This document shows positions 62,915-64,000 of a stretch of DNA of 64,000 nucleotides, piece by piece. Below the pieces are notes generated by a model that was not told the DNA's origin, searched no databases, and saw only the letters and a list, made by a program, of their open reading frames with translations. The DNA is from Macrostomum lignano (lineage: Eukaryota), in assembly GCA_002269645.1 (NCBI GenBank), contig NIVC01001322.1:124001-188000 (forward strand). Direction: 5' to 3'. The position numbers and the translations under genes were made by a program. Every line of letters begins with the position of its first letter. The first letter of the stretch is position 1.

Positions 62915-63974
62915 AACAGTTCGTCCGGCAGTCGACCAATGAGCCTTTTCCAACTCTACCAGCGCATTCCCCTCGGCTGCGCGCTGTCATAACGCGCTGG
63001 TCGCGCCTGATCAGCATTGTTGGAGGGTGCCTGCGTTGTTCCATAGGCTGATCTCTTTGCCTGGAGCAGCAACAGCTGCAGTAGTAGCAACAGTCACAAG
63101 TAGTTGTTGAACGACCATCTTGACGATCTATTCCGCAATACATTCGACCATCCGAACGTTCGTCGCATTCTTCATTGTCAGACGATTCGTCGAAACAATA
63201 GGGTTTATGAGGGAAACCGCTGCAATCTTCGGTGCTTTCCTCCTCGGATGAAGACTCCTCACCATCGCGTTTGAGCACGCAGCACATCGGCGACCGACTG
63301 CAGTCGCTGTCGAAGACAATTTGAACCGCTGTTTGACTGCCGCCTACGCAGTCCTGAACCCGCTGCTGTGCGGACGGTCGCGAGTGTCCTCGAGGGTGCA
63401 TCTGTCGGCTCTGGCGCCTTCTACCGCTAGAAAAGCTATCGTACGATTGGGTGCGCCTATTCTCGGCTGGGTGTAAGCACTGCAGCATGGATACAACTGG
63501 GCCCTGATGGCACTGCCGATTGTTGGCTGAAACTGTTGACAGCTGCTGGCTTAGTCGTGGCTCTCTCTGTCGGCTGCGATCGACTTGATATGTGCTGCGA
63601 TTCGATGCACACTGATTTAGGTACTCATAGCTCGACTCGTCACTGCTGTCCACGTAGGCCCCCGTGGTGCCGTAGCAGTTGCTAGTAAAACAGCTACAAT
63701 AACTATAAGCACTTTCGCAGTGTCTGGCTGACTGACTACTGAATATTCTGCTGCTGTCGGTTGGCATTGGCGAATGACGCTTTTTTAGTCCCATCGGAAC
63801 AGCATTCGGGTTTGGAGACGGCACTGAATTTGATGCGTAAATGTCGCACCTGGGCGGGCGATGCACTGTGTGATGACATCCAGCTGACTTGACTTCAATG
63901 TTGTTGGCGTTGTTAGTCGATTCTCTGGGCACAGGGGGTAGCGGGCGCGAGTACTGGGAGCTGGCGAGCGCGAG
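62915..63974 (-). CDS. Upstream Ser/Cys/Arg-rich exon of the same gene (5'-partial)
   Basis: Donor GTAAGT at 62914 in phase 1 matches the next acceptor (117-bp intron). The frame is open to the window end; likely acceptor cctttcag at 63975. Confidence 0.72.
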
Positions 63975-64000
63975 CTGAAAGGTCCAGAAAAACTTTTGCT

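Overview
Eukaryotic (animal) genomic window, very rich in repeats. The sequence style (short-unit minisatellites filling introns, polyQ, BEL/Gypsy/DIRS/RTE debris) suggests a flatworm such as Macrostomum, but that is inference only. Host genes: (1) an ASPP-family gene (coiled coil, ankyrin, SH3; 3 coding exons, + strand) whose first intron holds a 9-kb 21-bp satellite with higher-order structure; (2) three tandem secreted double-WSC genes, one intact and two disrupted, two of them with candidate symmetric micro-exons; (3) an intronless Shaker/Kv1 potassium channel; (4) a 5'-partial, more than 3,400-aa low-complexity protein on the - strand with an 8.5-kb exon. Mobile elements: a nearly intact, very young Gypsy LTR retrotransposon with a -1 frameshift signal and an extra non-env ORF3, plus remnants of Tc1, DIRS/Ngaro, RTE, an R1/LOA-like LINE, a Crypton-like palindromic element and MITEs. 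The most striking structure is a BEL/Pao shell at 17717-37625 (- strand). It has both LTRs, PBS, PPT, gag, integrase and a near-perfect 5-bp TSD inside a split 29-bp array, but its PR-RT-RNaseH core is replaced by about 15.6 kb that carries the whole WSC gene cluster. All analysis was by eye; no database searches were run.
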